Below, piece after piece: positions 1-11,025 of a stretch of 64,000 nt of DNA (its first letter is position 1; each line of letters starts with the position of its first letter). A program made the translations under genes and the position numbers. The stretch is from Candidatus Nanoarchaeia archaeon (GTDB taxonomy: Archaea; Nanobdellota; Nanobdellia; Woesearchaeales; JAQUVJ01). The DNA is taken from the NCBI GenBank assembly GCA_028693395.1, contig JAQUVJ010000001.1, positions 46,387 through 110,386 of the forward strand. Direction: 5' to 3'. Under the pieces are notes generated by a model. That model made no database searches. It saw nothing but the letters and a program-made list of their open reading frames with translations, and was not told the origin of the DNA.

Positions 1-631
1 ATGTTTTTTCGTAATTTTCTTTTAATTCTTTTGCATTATTAATACTTCCTAATAATTCTCCATAATTTATTGGAATAGCATATTCTGGTTTTATTTCATT
101 GCATAAATTTGCTGCTTCATTTGCATCCATAACAAATTGACCACAAACAGGAAGAAATAAAAAATCTGTCTGAATATCTTTCATTTCATCTATAAAATCC
201 GAATCTCCTGTATAATAAAATTTTATTCCATCAATATTTATTAAATATCCAATCCAACCTCTATGTTTTTGATGAAATTTTTTTGAATTATTATACGCTG
301 GAATTGCTTTTATTCTCATTAAATTTCCATTGTATCTTATTTCTTTTGTTTCATTTACATTCATAAAGATTACATTTTCCATATCTTTTACTTTTTCTTT
401 CATACTATATGGTAAAATAAAAGTAGTTGATTCAACTTGTATTTTTTTTATGTCTTCTAAACTAAAATGATCAAAATGTTCATGAGTAATAAAAATAAAA
501 TCAACATCATGAAAATCAGTTTTCAATCTATAAGGATCTATTGCTAATTTTATATTCTCAAATTCAATCATGATAGTTGCATGACCCATTTTTTTTATTT
601 GAAATTCTTTTTCTTTATATTGAAATTTCAT
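1..631 (-). CDS. MBL-fold metallo-hydrolase (UlaG/YddR-like), runs off window start
   Basis: Not in the ORF track. Manual minus-strand translation from ATG 631 gives MKFQYKEKEFQIKKMGHATIMIE...IDPY...FITHEHFDH...PAYN...FH...TGDSD...AIPINYG. Starts 1 nt after the RPA stop, with GGAGGAG SD-like motif in the last RPA codons. Confidence 0.85.
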   Translation of the reverse strand, partial: MKFQYKEKEFQIKKMGHATIMIEFENIKLAIDPYRLKTDFHDVDFIFITHEHFDHFSLEDIKKIQVESTTFILPYSMKEKVKDMENVIFMNVNETKEIRYNGNLMRIKAIPAYNNSKKFHQKHRGWIGYLINIDGIKFYYTGDSDFIDEMKDIQTDFLFLPVCGQFVMDANEAANLCNEIKPEYAIPINYGELLGSINNAKELKENYEKT

Positions 632-632
632 T

Positions 633-1808
633 CTACTCCTCCATTAAAGATTCAATATCATCTAAAATTTCATCTTCTTCTAAAACTTCATCGAATTCAT
701 CTTCACTTTCTAAGGATATTTTTTCTACTTCTTTTTTATCTTTTTCATTATTCTTAGTTGTTTTCTTTTGTGTATCTTTTTCTGATTTATCAGATTTATC
801 TAATTTTTCTAATTTATTTTTTTTATCTTTTTTATTATCAACATCACTATCATCACTTTCTTTTACTTCATTTGATCTTGAAACAAATTCTTTTTCTTCA
901 GATGCAGATATATCAAAAGTAAAATCTCTTGCATTTAATTCTATTCTATCAAAAGATTGATTATAATTAACTTTAGCTTTTACTTTTATCATTTTTGCAA
1001 TTAACTCTCTTCTTTTTTCTGAAAATTCAATAGGATTTTCTTTATATTGTAAAGGATTTTCAATCATTTTTTCAACTAAATCATTAAAAAAAGTACATCT
1101 AATATTAGCCGTTCCATCATCAACTACAAAAGAAAATATGAATAAATTATTTGGTTCAACTTTTCCATGTTCTTGACATTCTTGATTTTCAATTTTTTTA
1201 TTACATTTAGGACATCTTTCATAAATTTTTATATCATAAACTTGAACTATTGGTCCTAATATTTCTACAAAATTATCATCCACTGAGATTTCACTAATTT
1301 TTCTTTTTTCATACTCTACTGATTTTACATGAACTCCTTTTGGATTAACTAAAACTTCAGTATATCTTGAAACTTGTAATTCCACCCTGTCTTGATTCAT
1401 TCTTGAGTATGCTGATTTTATATGAATAACATCTCCTGGTTTTATCTTTTCCAAAATTTCTGTTTTTTCATTCCAGAAAACAACTCTAATCATTCCAGTT
1501 TCATCTCCTATCAAAATATTACCAACTTTTCCTGTAGCAAATTCTCTTATTGGATAAACTGAAATAACATTACCATAACATTCAACATTTCTCATAGAAT
1601 CTTCAATATTTTTTATTTTTAAAACATCAGGTATTCTTTCTATTAAATCAACACCTAATTCGTTTGCAATTATATGCAATAAACCATTTTGAGAAACTTT
1701 AACAGGGAATTTCTTTTTTTTAGATTCAATCATTTCATTAATTTCTTCTTCACTTTTTTTAGATTTTTCAACAATCAACCTTAACAATTCTTCATAATTA
1801 TCTGACAT
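633..1808 (-). CDS. rpa: Replication protein A (OB folds + Zn finger), acidic/Lys-rich tail
   Basis: OB motifs GDETGMIRVVFW and DDGTANIRCTFF; CPKC...C.EH Zn finger. ATG 1808 follows AGGTG SD (track GTG start 1817 lies within the SD). Confidence 0.85.
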   Translation of the reverse strand: MSDNYEELLRLIVEKSKKSEEEINEMIESKKKKFPVKVSQNGLLHIIANELGVDLIERIPDVLKIKNIEDSMRNVECYGNVISVYPIREFATGKVGNILIGDETGMIRVVFWNEKTEILEKIKPGDVIHIKSAYSRMNQDRVELQVSRYTEVLVNPKGVHVKSVEYEKRKISEISVDDNFVEILGPIVQVYDIKIYERCPKCNKKIENQECQEHGKVEPNNLFIFSFVVDDGTANIRCTFFNDLVEKMIENPLQYKENPIEFSEKRRELIAKMIKVKAKVNYNQSFDRIELNARDFTFDISASEEKEFVSRSNEVKESDDSDVDNKKDKKNKLEKLDKSDKSEKDTQKKTTKNNEKDKKEVEKISLESEDEFDEVLEEDEILDDIESLMEE

Positions 1809-2197
1809 TAATCCCACCTAATAATAAAAACGAACAATTATATATAATCTTTTTTAATATTAAATTACTATATTTTTCTTTTTTTATTATATATTTTTTA
1901 GGTCTACTAATATATTAATTTAACTTTAATATGTTTATAACATTTCTATTTTTGGAAAAAATATTCATTTAGAATTTCTTTTATGATATCTAAAGTAATA
2001 ATAATTGTAATATAATAATAATGATAATAATAATAATAATAATTAATAAGAAAAATTAAAAAAGGAAAAAGAGAAAAGGAAAATTAAAAAAAAATTAAAA
2101 AAAATAAAAGATAATAAAAAAAAAGAAATAAAAAAAGAAATAAAAAAGAAAAAAAACATTAAAAATTAAAAGAAAAAAAAAGAAAAAAAGAAAAAAA

Positions 2198-3547
2198 TTA
2201 ACAAGAACCAGCAGCACTTGCTCCTGTATCACTCAATTGAGAACCACATTGAGATGGTCTACTTTCTGCATCAAAATAACTACATAAAGTATTCTTGTAA
2301 TATTCTCCTGTTCTTCCACCACCTGCTAATACTCCATCAACAAAAACTGTTGGAGAACCTGAGACTCCCATAAAGTTTCCTACCAATATTTGATCATCTA
2401 ACATTGATTGAACTCTTTCATTGTCATTAAAACATGATTTAACTTTATTTATGTCAATACCATTATCTAATGCAATAGATTCCCATTTTGAATTTATATT
2501 AGTATAACTTAAAGTTTGTTCATAATATTGATCTCTAATTTGTCCAATATATGATAAAAATTTATCTTCTTGATCTTCAAATATACATAATTGTCTAATA
2601 TTTTCTTCTAATTCTTCTACACCATGTAAAGAACAATAATATTTATCTCCTATTAATTTACAATTTCCTAAATTTGAAGTTGCAGAATTCATAACAAACC
2701 ATGGCTTATAATCAACTGTATCTCCTAAAAGTTCTAATGCTTCTAAGATTCCATCTTCTGCTTGTATTCCGTATGGACAAAAACTCATTACAAAAAAATC
2801 TATTTTTGGTTTATCAGATGTTCCTAATAATTCTAAAGCTTGTTGTCTTTTTTCTTCATATTCTGATTCAATTTCTTCTCTTACTAATGGATCTAATTCA
2901 TATAACATTTCTTGTCCATTTCCACTTAAAATTAAATCACTTAATTGATATTTATTTTCCGATTTTAATTCAAAATATTCTTCATATCCATCAATTCCTT
3001 TAAATGCTAAATTATCTGCTTTTGCTTCTAATAAAACAGCAGGTACTCTTTCTAAATTATATTCTTGAATTAATTTTTGAGCTTCTTTTGAGTTATATTC
3101 ATAAACAATATTATTTACTTTCAAATCTGTTATTTGAATAAACAATTGTTCATGAGTAGCTTTAACCATATCTAAATAATCACTACTACAATATGTACAA
3201 TCAATTGGTGGTTTTATGTAATAAAAAGTAATTTCATCTTTAAATTCTATTGGTTGATTTTTTTGATAATCAACACTACCTCTAGTTGAAAAAGCATAAA
3301 TTGTTAATATTGATAAAATTAATATAATTGATAATAATATAAATGTAGAATTTTCTTTTATAAATAATAATGTTTTTTTTACAAAACTTTCTTTAACTTC
3401 AACTTTTTTAACTTTTTCTTTTGAAACATTTTCTTTTTTTACTTCTGCAACATTTTCACTTGCAGTCTTTGTATGAACTCTTTCTATTTTTCTATGGTCA
3501 TGACCATTTTTTGTTATTTTCTTATTTATCGGTTTCTTTTCTACCAT
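2198..3547 (-). CDS. Membrane-anchored tandem thioredoxin/DsbA(GILT)-like protein
   Basis: N-terminal TM helix, DCTYC, FFVMSFCPYG, CSLHG..E, GVSGSPT cis-Pro loop, terminal Cys. Confidence 0.75.
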   Translation of the reverse strand: MVEKKPINKKITKNGHDHRKIERVHTKTASENVAEVKKENVSKEKVKKVEVKESFVKKTLLFIKENSTFILLSIILILSILTIYAFSTRGSVDYQKNQPIEFKDEITFYYIKPPIDCTYCSSDYLDMVKATHEQLFIQITDLKVNNIVYEYNSKEAQKLIQEYNLERVPAVLLEAKADNLAFKGIDGYEEYFELKSENKYQLSDLILSGNGQEMLYELDPLVREEIESEYEEKRQQALELLGTSDKPKIDFFVMSFCPYGIQAEDGILEALELLGDTVDYKPWFVMNSATSNLGNCKLIGDKYYCSLHGVEELEENIRQLCIFEDQEDKFLSYIGQIRDQYYEQTLSYTNINSKWESIALDNGIDINKVKSCFNDNERVQSMLDDQILVGNFMGVSGSPTVFVDGVLAGGGRTGEYYKNTLCSYFDAESRPSQCGSQLSDTGASAAGSC

Positions 3548-3782
3548 GAAATCACCATAAACATATTTTATATTCTTATAAAATGTTTATATTTTTTAAA
3601 AATTATAATAAATTATATTGTTTTATTTATAATATTTGTGATTTTTATTAAATTTTATTATTATTTAAATTTTAATATTTATGTTTTAATATTTTTTTAT
3701 TTTTGCTTTTAATATATTTTTTATTATAATAACACTATTATTTATGAAAAAACATATGAAAATAAAAAAACAAAATATATTA

Positions 3783-3816
<34 letters not shown>

Positions 3817-3886
3817 TATAATATAATATAAATTATCAAAAATTAATATAAAAATATCATTTACACTTTTTAAAATATTAAAAAGA

Positions 3887-6166
3887 TTAAGAATTATTTT
3901 TCTTTAATGGTTCTATATGTTTACATTTTGGATATCCACTACATCCATAAAATGCACCATAAATTCCCTTTCTTAAAATCAATTCTTTTCCACATTTTGG
4001 ACAAATCTTTTTTTCTTTTTCTATGTTATCTAAATCTACACCTTGATTTTTTCCAGAACAATCTTTGTTAATACAAACTTCATTTTTATTTTTTCCATTT
4101 GTAATTTTAACAATAGGATATCCACATTTTTCACATGCTTTTACATATTTGAAAACTTTTGCTTTTGGAAGTGAAACTTTTAATCCACAAGAATTACATG
4201 CTACAAAAAATCCATAAGGGCCTTTTTTTAATTCAAATGGTGCTTTACATTTTGGACATTCTCCAAAATTATTTTTTTGTTCAACGTGTTTTCTATTTGC
4301 AGATTCTAGTGATTTTCCTATTTCTTCTTCTTTTTCTTTAAATGATTTAAACATTTTATCTAAAACAATTTTTGCTTCATCAATAACATCTTGACTTGTT
4401 TTTTTATCTTTTCTAATATCTTCCATTTCTTCTTCAAAATGTCGTGTTAAATCTTCTTTTACTATCTCTTCACAATAAATTTCCATTGTTTCAGTTAATT
4501 TTATTCCTAATTTTGTTGCAGTTAAACTTTTTCCTTCAACATACTCTCTTTTAAATAATGTTTCAATAATATCTGCTCTTGTTGCTTTTGTTCCTAAATT
4601 TCTTTTTTCTAATTCTTTTAATAAGGATGCACTTGTATATCTTGATGGCGGTTGAGTTTCTTTTATATAACCAAATAAATTTTCTATATTTAATATTTCA
4701 TTTTCTTTAACTTCATACAAAGTCATATCTGTAAAACTTATTGGATAAACTTCTAACCATTTTTTTTCTTTAATTCTTGAAGCATTTGCTTGAAAACTAA
4801 CATCATTTACTATACCAATAATTGCTTGAGATTCTCTTGTCGCAGCTTCATAAAAACAAGCTAAAAATCTTTTTACGACTAAATCAAATAAATTTTGTTC
4901 TTCTTTTGATAAACTGTTTGGAATATTTCCTGTTGGATAAATAGCAGGGTGTGCTTCATCATCCTTTGGTCCTTCATTTGGATTTATTCTATTATTTTCT
5001 AATAAATAATTTGCAAATTTTTTATAATTTTGAAGTTCTGATATCTTTTGAATTATATTTTTTAAACCTAATGTTTTAGGTAATTTTTGAGAAGATGTTC
5101 TTGGATATGATATAAAACCTCCTAAATATAATTTTTCTGCTATATCTAATGTTTTTTTTGGATCATATCTAAACAATCTATGAGATTCTGTTTGGAAATC
5201 AGTTAAATTAAAAGGAAAAGGTGGATTTACTTTTGAATCTTTTTTGTTGACTTCAGAAACTTTTATTGTTTTTTTATCTTTTACTTTATCTAAAATTTCT
5301 TGACTTTGTTTTTCATCTAATTTATCCTTATATTTGAAAACGATTAAATTAGATTTTGATGTTTCAACAAAATCTTCTTCTGTGGATTCTGAATCATTTT
5401 TTTTCTTTTTTGTTTTCTTTTTTTCTTTATCTCTTTTATCAACTATTTGAAAATTATAATTTGTTTGATCTTTTGTTGCCTCTATTTCAACTTCATAATA
5501 TGTTTCTGGCTTAAAATCTAATATTTCTTTTTCTCTATCTACAATTATTTTTAGAGATGGTCCTTGAACTCTTCCCATTGATAAAAGTTTGAAAGAATTT
5601 GTTGCATTTTTCATTGCTAATGTTAGAGCTCTTGAAAAATTAATACCATAATACCAATCTAAAACGTGCCTTGTCATTCCTGCATAAGCTTGTCCATAAT
5701 CAATTGTTTTTAATTTATTTTCATATGCTTTTACAACATCAGGTTTTGTTAATGTCGAGAATTTCATTCTTTGAGCAATATCAGTATTAAAAATATGTTT
5801 TAAAATGTTGTAACCAATAACTTCCCCTTCAACATCATAATCTGTTGCAATTGTAAATTCATCTACTTCTTTTTTTAAAGATTGAAATAATTTCAAATAA
5901 GGTTTTGCATAATCTGCTCCCTTATTTACTTCACATGTTGGAGCCCATTCTACATCATATAAAGGATATTCAAAAGAATTTTTATTTTTTGATGTTAATG
6001 TAAATAAATGTCCAACACCAGATGCAACAATTATTTCTTTATTATCTCTTTTTATTTTATAATAAGGAGCTTTTCCATTTGATAACTTCGTTGAACCTTG
6101 TGTTGCAAGTGCTAATGCTATTTTATTTGCTTGAGAAGGTTTTTCACATATAATTAATTCTACCAT
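3887..6166 (-). CDS. topA: Type IA DNA topoisomerase with C-terminal Zn ribbons
   Basis: TOPRIM EKPS, ATDYDVEGE, SMGRVQ, catalytic ISYPRT, EAHPAI, GTKATR, C4 Zn ribbons. Confidence 0.95.
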   Translation of the reverse strand: MVELIICEKPSQANKIALALATQGSTKLSNGKAPYYKIKRDNKEIIVASGVGHLFTLTSKNKNSFEYPLYDVEWAPTCEVNKGADYAKPYLKLFQSLKKEVDEFTIATDYDVEGEVIGYNILKHIFNTDIAQRMKFSTLTKPDVVKAYENKLKTIDYGQAYAGMTRHVLDWYYGINFSRALTLAMKNATNSFKLLSMGRVQGPSLKIIVDREKEILDFKPETYYEVEIEATKDQTNYNFQIVDKRDKEKKKTKKKKNDSESTEEDFVETSKSNLIVFKYKDKLDEKQSQEILDKVKDKKTIKVSEVNKKDSKVNPPFPFNLTDFQTESHRLFRYDPKKTLDIAEKLYLGGFISYPRTSSQKLPKTLGLKNIIQKISELQNYKKFANYLLENNRINPNEGPKDDEAHPAIYPTGNIPNSLSKEEQNLFDLVVKRFLACFYEAATRESQAIIGIVNDVSFQANASRIKEKKWLEVYPISFTDMTLYEVKENEILNIENLFGYIKETQPPSRYTSASLLKELEKRNLGTKATRADIIETLFKREYVEGKSLTATKLGIKLTETMEIYCEEIVKEDLTRHFEEEMEDIRKDKKTSQDVIDEAKIVLDKMFKSFKEKEEEIGKSLESANRKHVEQKNNFGECPKCKAPFELKKGPYGFFVACNSCGLKVSLPKAKVFKYVKACEKCGYPIVKITNGKNKNEVCINKDCSGKNQGVDLDNIEKEKKICPKCGKELILRKGIYGAFYGCSGYPKCKHIEPLKKNNS

Positions 6167-6442
6167 TAAAGTTTTAGAGGAACGAATTATTATTTAAATT
6201 TAATCAAAGTAAAGTTATAATAAATTAAGATTTGTTACACTTATTTATACGATATTTTTATTTATATGAAAATCTAAAAATCATATATAAATTAACAAAA
6301 TAAAAATATAATAATAACAAAATAAGAAGGTAACAAACTATAAAATAACAAGCTATAAAATAATAAGAAATAAAATAACAAGATAAAAAAAAGATAATAA
6401 AATTATAATAATAAAATAATAAAATAATAAAAATAAAAAAAA

Positions 6443-6826
6443 TTAATTAGAAATCCATACACCATGAATATTGCATAAAATTCTAGCAGAAACACCAGTT
6501 GTTTGTGTTAATTCGAATTCTGCAACAGGTTCATCACCAGGATACAATCTTTTTCCGGCAACAACATCTCCATCTTTTAATAATTGAATTAAAGATATAT
6601 AATGATTTTCTTCCATTGGATGACTAACACTTCCAACTTTTACTTTCACAGTATTTCCATCTATTTCAATAACTGGAACATGTTTTTCTTTACCTTCCTT
6701 TTCTTGTGTTTTTTCTTCCATTAATAACATTTCTTGACCGCAACAAACTAAATCTCCACCGCCAACAACAAGTAAACTAATAGTATTTCCGCATACTTCA
6801 CATTTATAGATATTTCCTTCTTTCAT
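6443..6826 (-). CDS. dfx: Desulfoferrodoxin / superoxide reductase
   Basis: CEVC...CC desulforedoxin site; EKHVP, HPM..H, CNIHG; SD GAGGTG upstream. Confidence 0.95.
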   Translation of the reverse strand: MKEGNIYKCEVCGNTISLLVVGGGDLVCCGQEMLLMEEKTQEKEGKEKHVPVIEIDGNTVKVKVGSVSHPMEENHYISLIQLLKDGDVVAGKRLYPGDEPVAEFELTQTTGVSARILCNIHGVWISN

Positions 6827-7368
6827 TTTTACACCTCTTAAATTAGATATTAACTAATTATTCAAATCAATTTATAAAGATTTCTCATTATGTTGATTTA
6901 TAATTATTAGAAATATTATATGGTATATTAAAGATTTATTAATTATTATCTTTATTTTTTATTATCTTTTGTGTGTGTTTTGTTTTTTTTGTTCTTTTCT
7001 TTTTTTTTCTTTTTTGTTCTTTTTTTTGTTTTTTCTTTTTTGTTCTTTTTTTTGTTTTTTTTGTGTTTTTATTATTTTATTTTTATTATTTTTTTTCTTT
7101 GTTTAAATTTTATTTAAATTTAAACTTAAAATATTTTACTAAAATTATTTATAATTTATATTAAATTAATCTAAAGAATAGTTAAAAAATAATTAATGAT
7201 AATAATATAAATATAACAATAAATATAATAAATATTTATATAATTAACTAATTTAATAAATGATAATATTGTTTACAATAATAAAATAATTATAATGAAA
7301 AGAACAAAAAATAAAAAAATAAAAAATAAAGAAATAATTAAAAAATAATTAAAAAAACGGAAATAAAA

Positions 7369-7881
7369 ATGGAGAAATCAATAAAAAATAAATTCAGAAT
7401 TTCACATAACATCTCAAATAAAAAAATTAAATTGATTAATAATAAAAAAGGAGATTTTAATTTTTTTTTATTTCTAACTGCAGTTGTAATGTTAGTTTTA
7501 GCTATTGGATATTCTTCAATATCAAATAGCAAAGCAAAAGATAATGTTAATTTTTTTGAAAGTTTACAAAAAGAAATAACATCACTTGCATCAAATATAA
7601 AAAAAAATCATGTTTTAAATCATTTCTTATATAGAGAATTAGCAAACAAAGTTGAATCTCAAGCAAAAGATAATTTTAATAATATGATTGAAAATTGTGA
7701 TGAGAAAATATTTGAAATATGTTTGATTGATTCATTAGATTTTGAATTATATACCTCAGAAATGAATGAATATAAAAAATCAATTTTGTTTACAGGAGAT
7801 AATAATAATAGATTTGTACAAGAAAATTTATTATATGTTGAAAATGAAAATGGAGTTTTTATTATACCTCAAGAAAATTAA
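7369..7881 (+). CDS. Hypothetical protein with class III (prepilin-like) signal peptide
   Basis: Basic leader ending KKG|DF followed by a hydrophobic helix; remainder unrecognised. Confidence 0.55.
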   Translation: MEKSIKNKFRISHNISNKKIKLINNKKGDFNFFLFLTAVVMLVLAIGYSSISNSKAKDNVNFFESLQKEITSLASNIKKNHVLNHFLYRELANKVESQAKDNFNNMIENCDEKIFEICLIDSLDFELYTSEMNEYKKSILFTGDNNNRFVQENLLYVENENGVFIIPQEN

Positions 7882-8182
7882 ATTATTGTTTCAATCTTTC
7901 TATGATGAAAATATACAATTATTAACTAAAAATACAACCTAAATGTATATAAAAAATAACAATAGAAATAATTGAAATTTTAATTAAAAATAAATTAAAA
8001 ATAAAATTCTAAATCAAAAAATAAAAAGAAAAAAAGTAAAATAAATAAAAGTAAAAATAAAAAAAAGTAAAATAAATAAATAAATAAAATTAAGAATCAT
8101 ATTTTTCTATATAATATTTTTTTAAATATATTTTTATTAATCAAAATAAATATATATTATATGTCTGAAATAAGTATACAAT

Positions 8183-9778
8183 ATGGATAGAAAATATATT
8201 GTAATTACCGGAGGAGTAATCTCTGGATTAGGTAAAGGAATCGCTGCTGCTTCTATTGGAAGACTTCTTTCTCAAAAATATAATATTGTTCCTATAAAAT
8301 GTGATGGTTATCTTAATGTTGATCCTGGAACTATGAATCCTGTTGAACATGGTGAAGTGTTTGTTCTTGATGATGGAACTGAAGTTGATATGGATTTTGG
8401 ACATTATGAAAGATTCTTAAATACAACATGTAAAGGTAATCAAAATCTAACAATGGGAAAAGTCTTTGAAGAAATCAGAAAAAAAGAAAGAAAAGGAGAT
8501 TTTCTTGGTAAAACAGTTCAATTTGTTCCTCATGTTTCTGAATTTATATTAAATTGGTGGGAAAATGTATCAGATCAAAATAAATCTGATATTACTTTAA
8601 TTGAAATTGGAGGTACTATTGGAGATATTGAAAATGAATTATATGTCGAGGCAGCAAGACTTTTACAAATAAAACATGGAAGACAAAATGTTATGTTTGC
8701 ACATTTAACTTATGTACCAATTCCTAGTGGAGTTGATGAACAAAAATCAAAACCTACTCAACAATCACTTTCACTATTAAGACAAAGAGGAATTAATCCT
8801 GATATTGTAATGTGTAGATGTAAAGAATTTCTAACAGATAATATAAAAAATAAAATTGCTTCTTTTTGTAATCTTGATATAAACAATATTATAACTGCAA
8901 TTGATGTAGATACTGTTTATAAGATTCCTACAAAATTTAACGAACAAGGAGTTTTAAAAATAATTCAAGAAAGACTAAATATTGAAAAATTTGATTATAT
9001 AGATAATTGGAATGATTTATTTGTTAAACATGAAAAAAAAATAACAATTGCAATTTGTGGTAAATATACAAACTTAGAAGATTCTTATGCATCTGTTGTT
9101 GAAGCTTTATGGCATAGTAGTTTAAGACAAAATGTAGATGTTGAAATAAAGTTCTTTGATACACAAAAATTTGAATCCAATAAAAAAGAAGAAGAATTTG
9201 AAAAATTAAAAAAATGTGATGGAATAATAATTCCAGGTGGTTTTGGTTCTAGAGGAGTTGAAGGAAAAATTGAAATTATAAAATATGCAAGAGAAAATAA
9301 CATCCCTTTTCTAGGAATTTGTTATGGACTTCAACTTGCGGTTGTTGAATTTGCAAGAAACATATGTAATTTAACTGATGCAAATACTACTGAAATAAAT
9401 CCTGAAACAAAAAACCCAATTATAACAATTTTAGAAGATAAAAAAAATGAAAAAAACATAGGAGGAACATTAAGAAAAGGTTCTTATAAGGCGATAATAA
9501 AAGAAAACACAAAAATATTTGAATTATACAATTCTAATGTTGCATATGAAAGACACAGACATAGATATGAAGTAAATCCATTATTTCATGAAACATTAGA
9601 AGAAAATGGTTTGAGTCTTTGTGCAATGAGTCCTGAAGGAAAACTTGTTGAGTTTATAGAAAACAAAAATAATGATTATTTTGTTGCAACTCAAGCACAT
9701 CCTGAATTAAAAAGTTCATTTGATAAACCTGCACCACTTTTTTGGGGGTTAATTGATGCATGTATAAAAAGAAAATGA
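8183..9778 (+). CDS. pyrG: CTP synthase
   Basis: TGGVISGLGKG, NVDPGTM, KSKPTQ, GATase GICYG and HPE. Confidence 0.98.
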   Translation: MDRKYIVITGGVISGLGKGIAAASIGRLLSQKYNIVPIKCDGYLNVDPGTMNPVEHGEVFVLDDGTEVDMDFGHYERFLNTTCKGNQNLTMGKVFEEIRKKERKGDFLGKTVQFVPHVSEFILNWWENVSDQNKSDITLIEIGGTIGDIENELYVEAARLLQIKHGRQNVMFAHLTYVPIPSGVDEQKSKPTQQSLSLLRQRGINPDIVMCRCKEFLTDNIKNKIASFCNLDINNIITAIDVDTVYKIPTKFNEQGVLKIIQERLNIEKFDYIDNWNDLFVKHEKKITIAICGKYTNLEDSYASVVEALWHSSLRQNVDVEIKFFDTQKFESNKKEEEFEKLKKCDGIIIPGGFGSRGVEGKIEIIKYARENNIPFLGICYGLQLAVVEFARNICNLTDANTTEINPETKNPIITILEDKKNEKNIGGTLRKGSYKAIIKENTKIFELYNSNVAYERHRHRYEVNPLFHETLEENGLSLCAMSPEGKLVEFIENKNNDYFVATQAHPELKSSFDKPAPLFWGLIDACIKRK

Positions 9779-9955
9779 TTTTTTATTATTTATTATTTTT
9801 TTATTAATTCTTTTGTTTATTTTGTTTATTTTTTGTTTATTTTTTTATCTTTTTATTTTTTAATTATTCTTTGTTTAATTGTATATTTTATTTTCAAATC
9901 TATAAAAAAATAAAATAAGTTTAAATATTATATAAATAATAAAGAAATGATTTAA

Positions 9956-10942
9956 ATGCCAATAATAGAAGTAAAAAACATTCGAAAAGAATTTAAAATT
10001 CCTAAAAAAAAAGAAAATTTATCGAAATTTAAACAAAAATTAGGAATATTTTATAGAGAATGGGAAAAAAAGATTGCTGTAGATGATATTTCTTTTGAAA
10101 TAGAACAAGGAGAATTTGTTGGATATATTGGTGCAAATGGTGCAGGGAAAAGTACAACAATAAAAATGCTTACAGGAATATTAACACCAAATAGTGGAAC
10201 AATAAAAATAATGAATTACGAACCTTCAAAAGACAGAATAAAATATACTCAAAATATTGGTGTTGTTTTTGGTCAAAGAAAAAATTTAATCTATGATATT
10301 CCTATAAAAGATTCTTATGGGATTTTTAGAACTATTTACGATATTCCTAAAGATGTATTTAAAGAAAGACTTAACAATTTAGTAAAAACAATGGAAATAG
10401 AAAACATAATGGAAGTTCCTTATAGAAAATTAAGTCTAGGTGAACAAATGAGAGCAGAAATTGTTTCCTGTTTTTTACACAATCCAAAAATTGTATTTTT
10501 AGATGAACCAACTATTGGATTAGATGTATATGCTAAACACAAAATAAGAGAATTTCTAAAAAAAATAAATAAAGAAGACAATGTAACAATTATTTTAACA
10601 ACTCATGATACACTTGATATAGAAGAACTTGCAAAAAGAATAATATTAATTGATGAAGGAAAAAAAATGTTTGATGGAACATTAAATGAATTTAAAAAAA
10701 TAAATTCTAGTAAAAAGAAAATTGAAGTTTTTTGTAAAGAAAAACCAATTGATTTTTTAAATAAAAATTCTTTTATTTCAGCATGGGATGATAATGAATT
10801 AAAATTAACAATTAACATAGAAAAAACAAATAATTTTAAAGATATAATAATAAAAATTATAGAAGAAATAGATTTCATTGATATCAAAATAGAAGATGAA
10901 TCTTTAGAAGAAATGATAAAAAGAATTTACAAAAAAGAATAA
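9956..10942 (+). CDS. ABC-2 exporter ATP-binding subunit
   Basis: GANGAGKST, LSLGE, FLDEPT, TTH. Confidence 0.92.
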   Translation: MPIIEVKNIRKEFKIPKKKENLSKFKQKLGIFYREWEKKIAVDDISFEIEQGEFVGYIGANGAGKSTTIKMLTGILTPNSGTIKIMNYEPSKDRIKYTQNIGVVFGQRKNLIYDIPIKDSYGIFRTIYDIPKDVFKERLNNLVKTMEIENIMEVPYRKLSLGEQMRAEIVSCFLHNPKIVFLDEPTIGLDVYAKHKIREFLKKINKEDNVTIILTTHDTLDIEELAKRIILIDEGKKMFDGTLNEFKKINSSKKKIEVFCKEKPIDFLNKNSFISAWDDNELKLTINIEKTNNFKDIIIKIIEEIDFIDIKIEDESLEEMIKRIYKKE

Positions 10943-11025
10943 TTAATTAAAGTAGACAATTCTTTTTAAATCTCATAAAAAAATAATGTTAAATATAATA
11001 AATAAAAAAACTAAGTGTAAAACAA

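Noticed and set aside
7879..7945. Possible frameshifted continuation of the 7369 ORF
   Set aside because: Alternative frames add only about 20 codons; no homology evidence available
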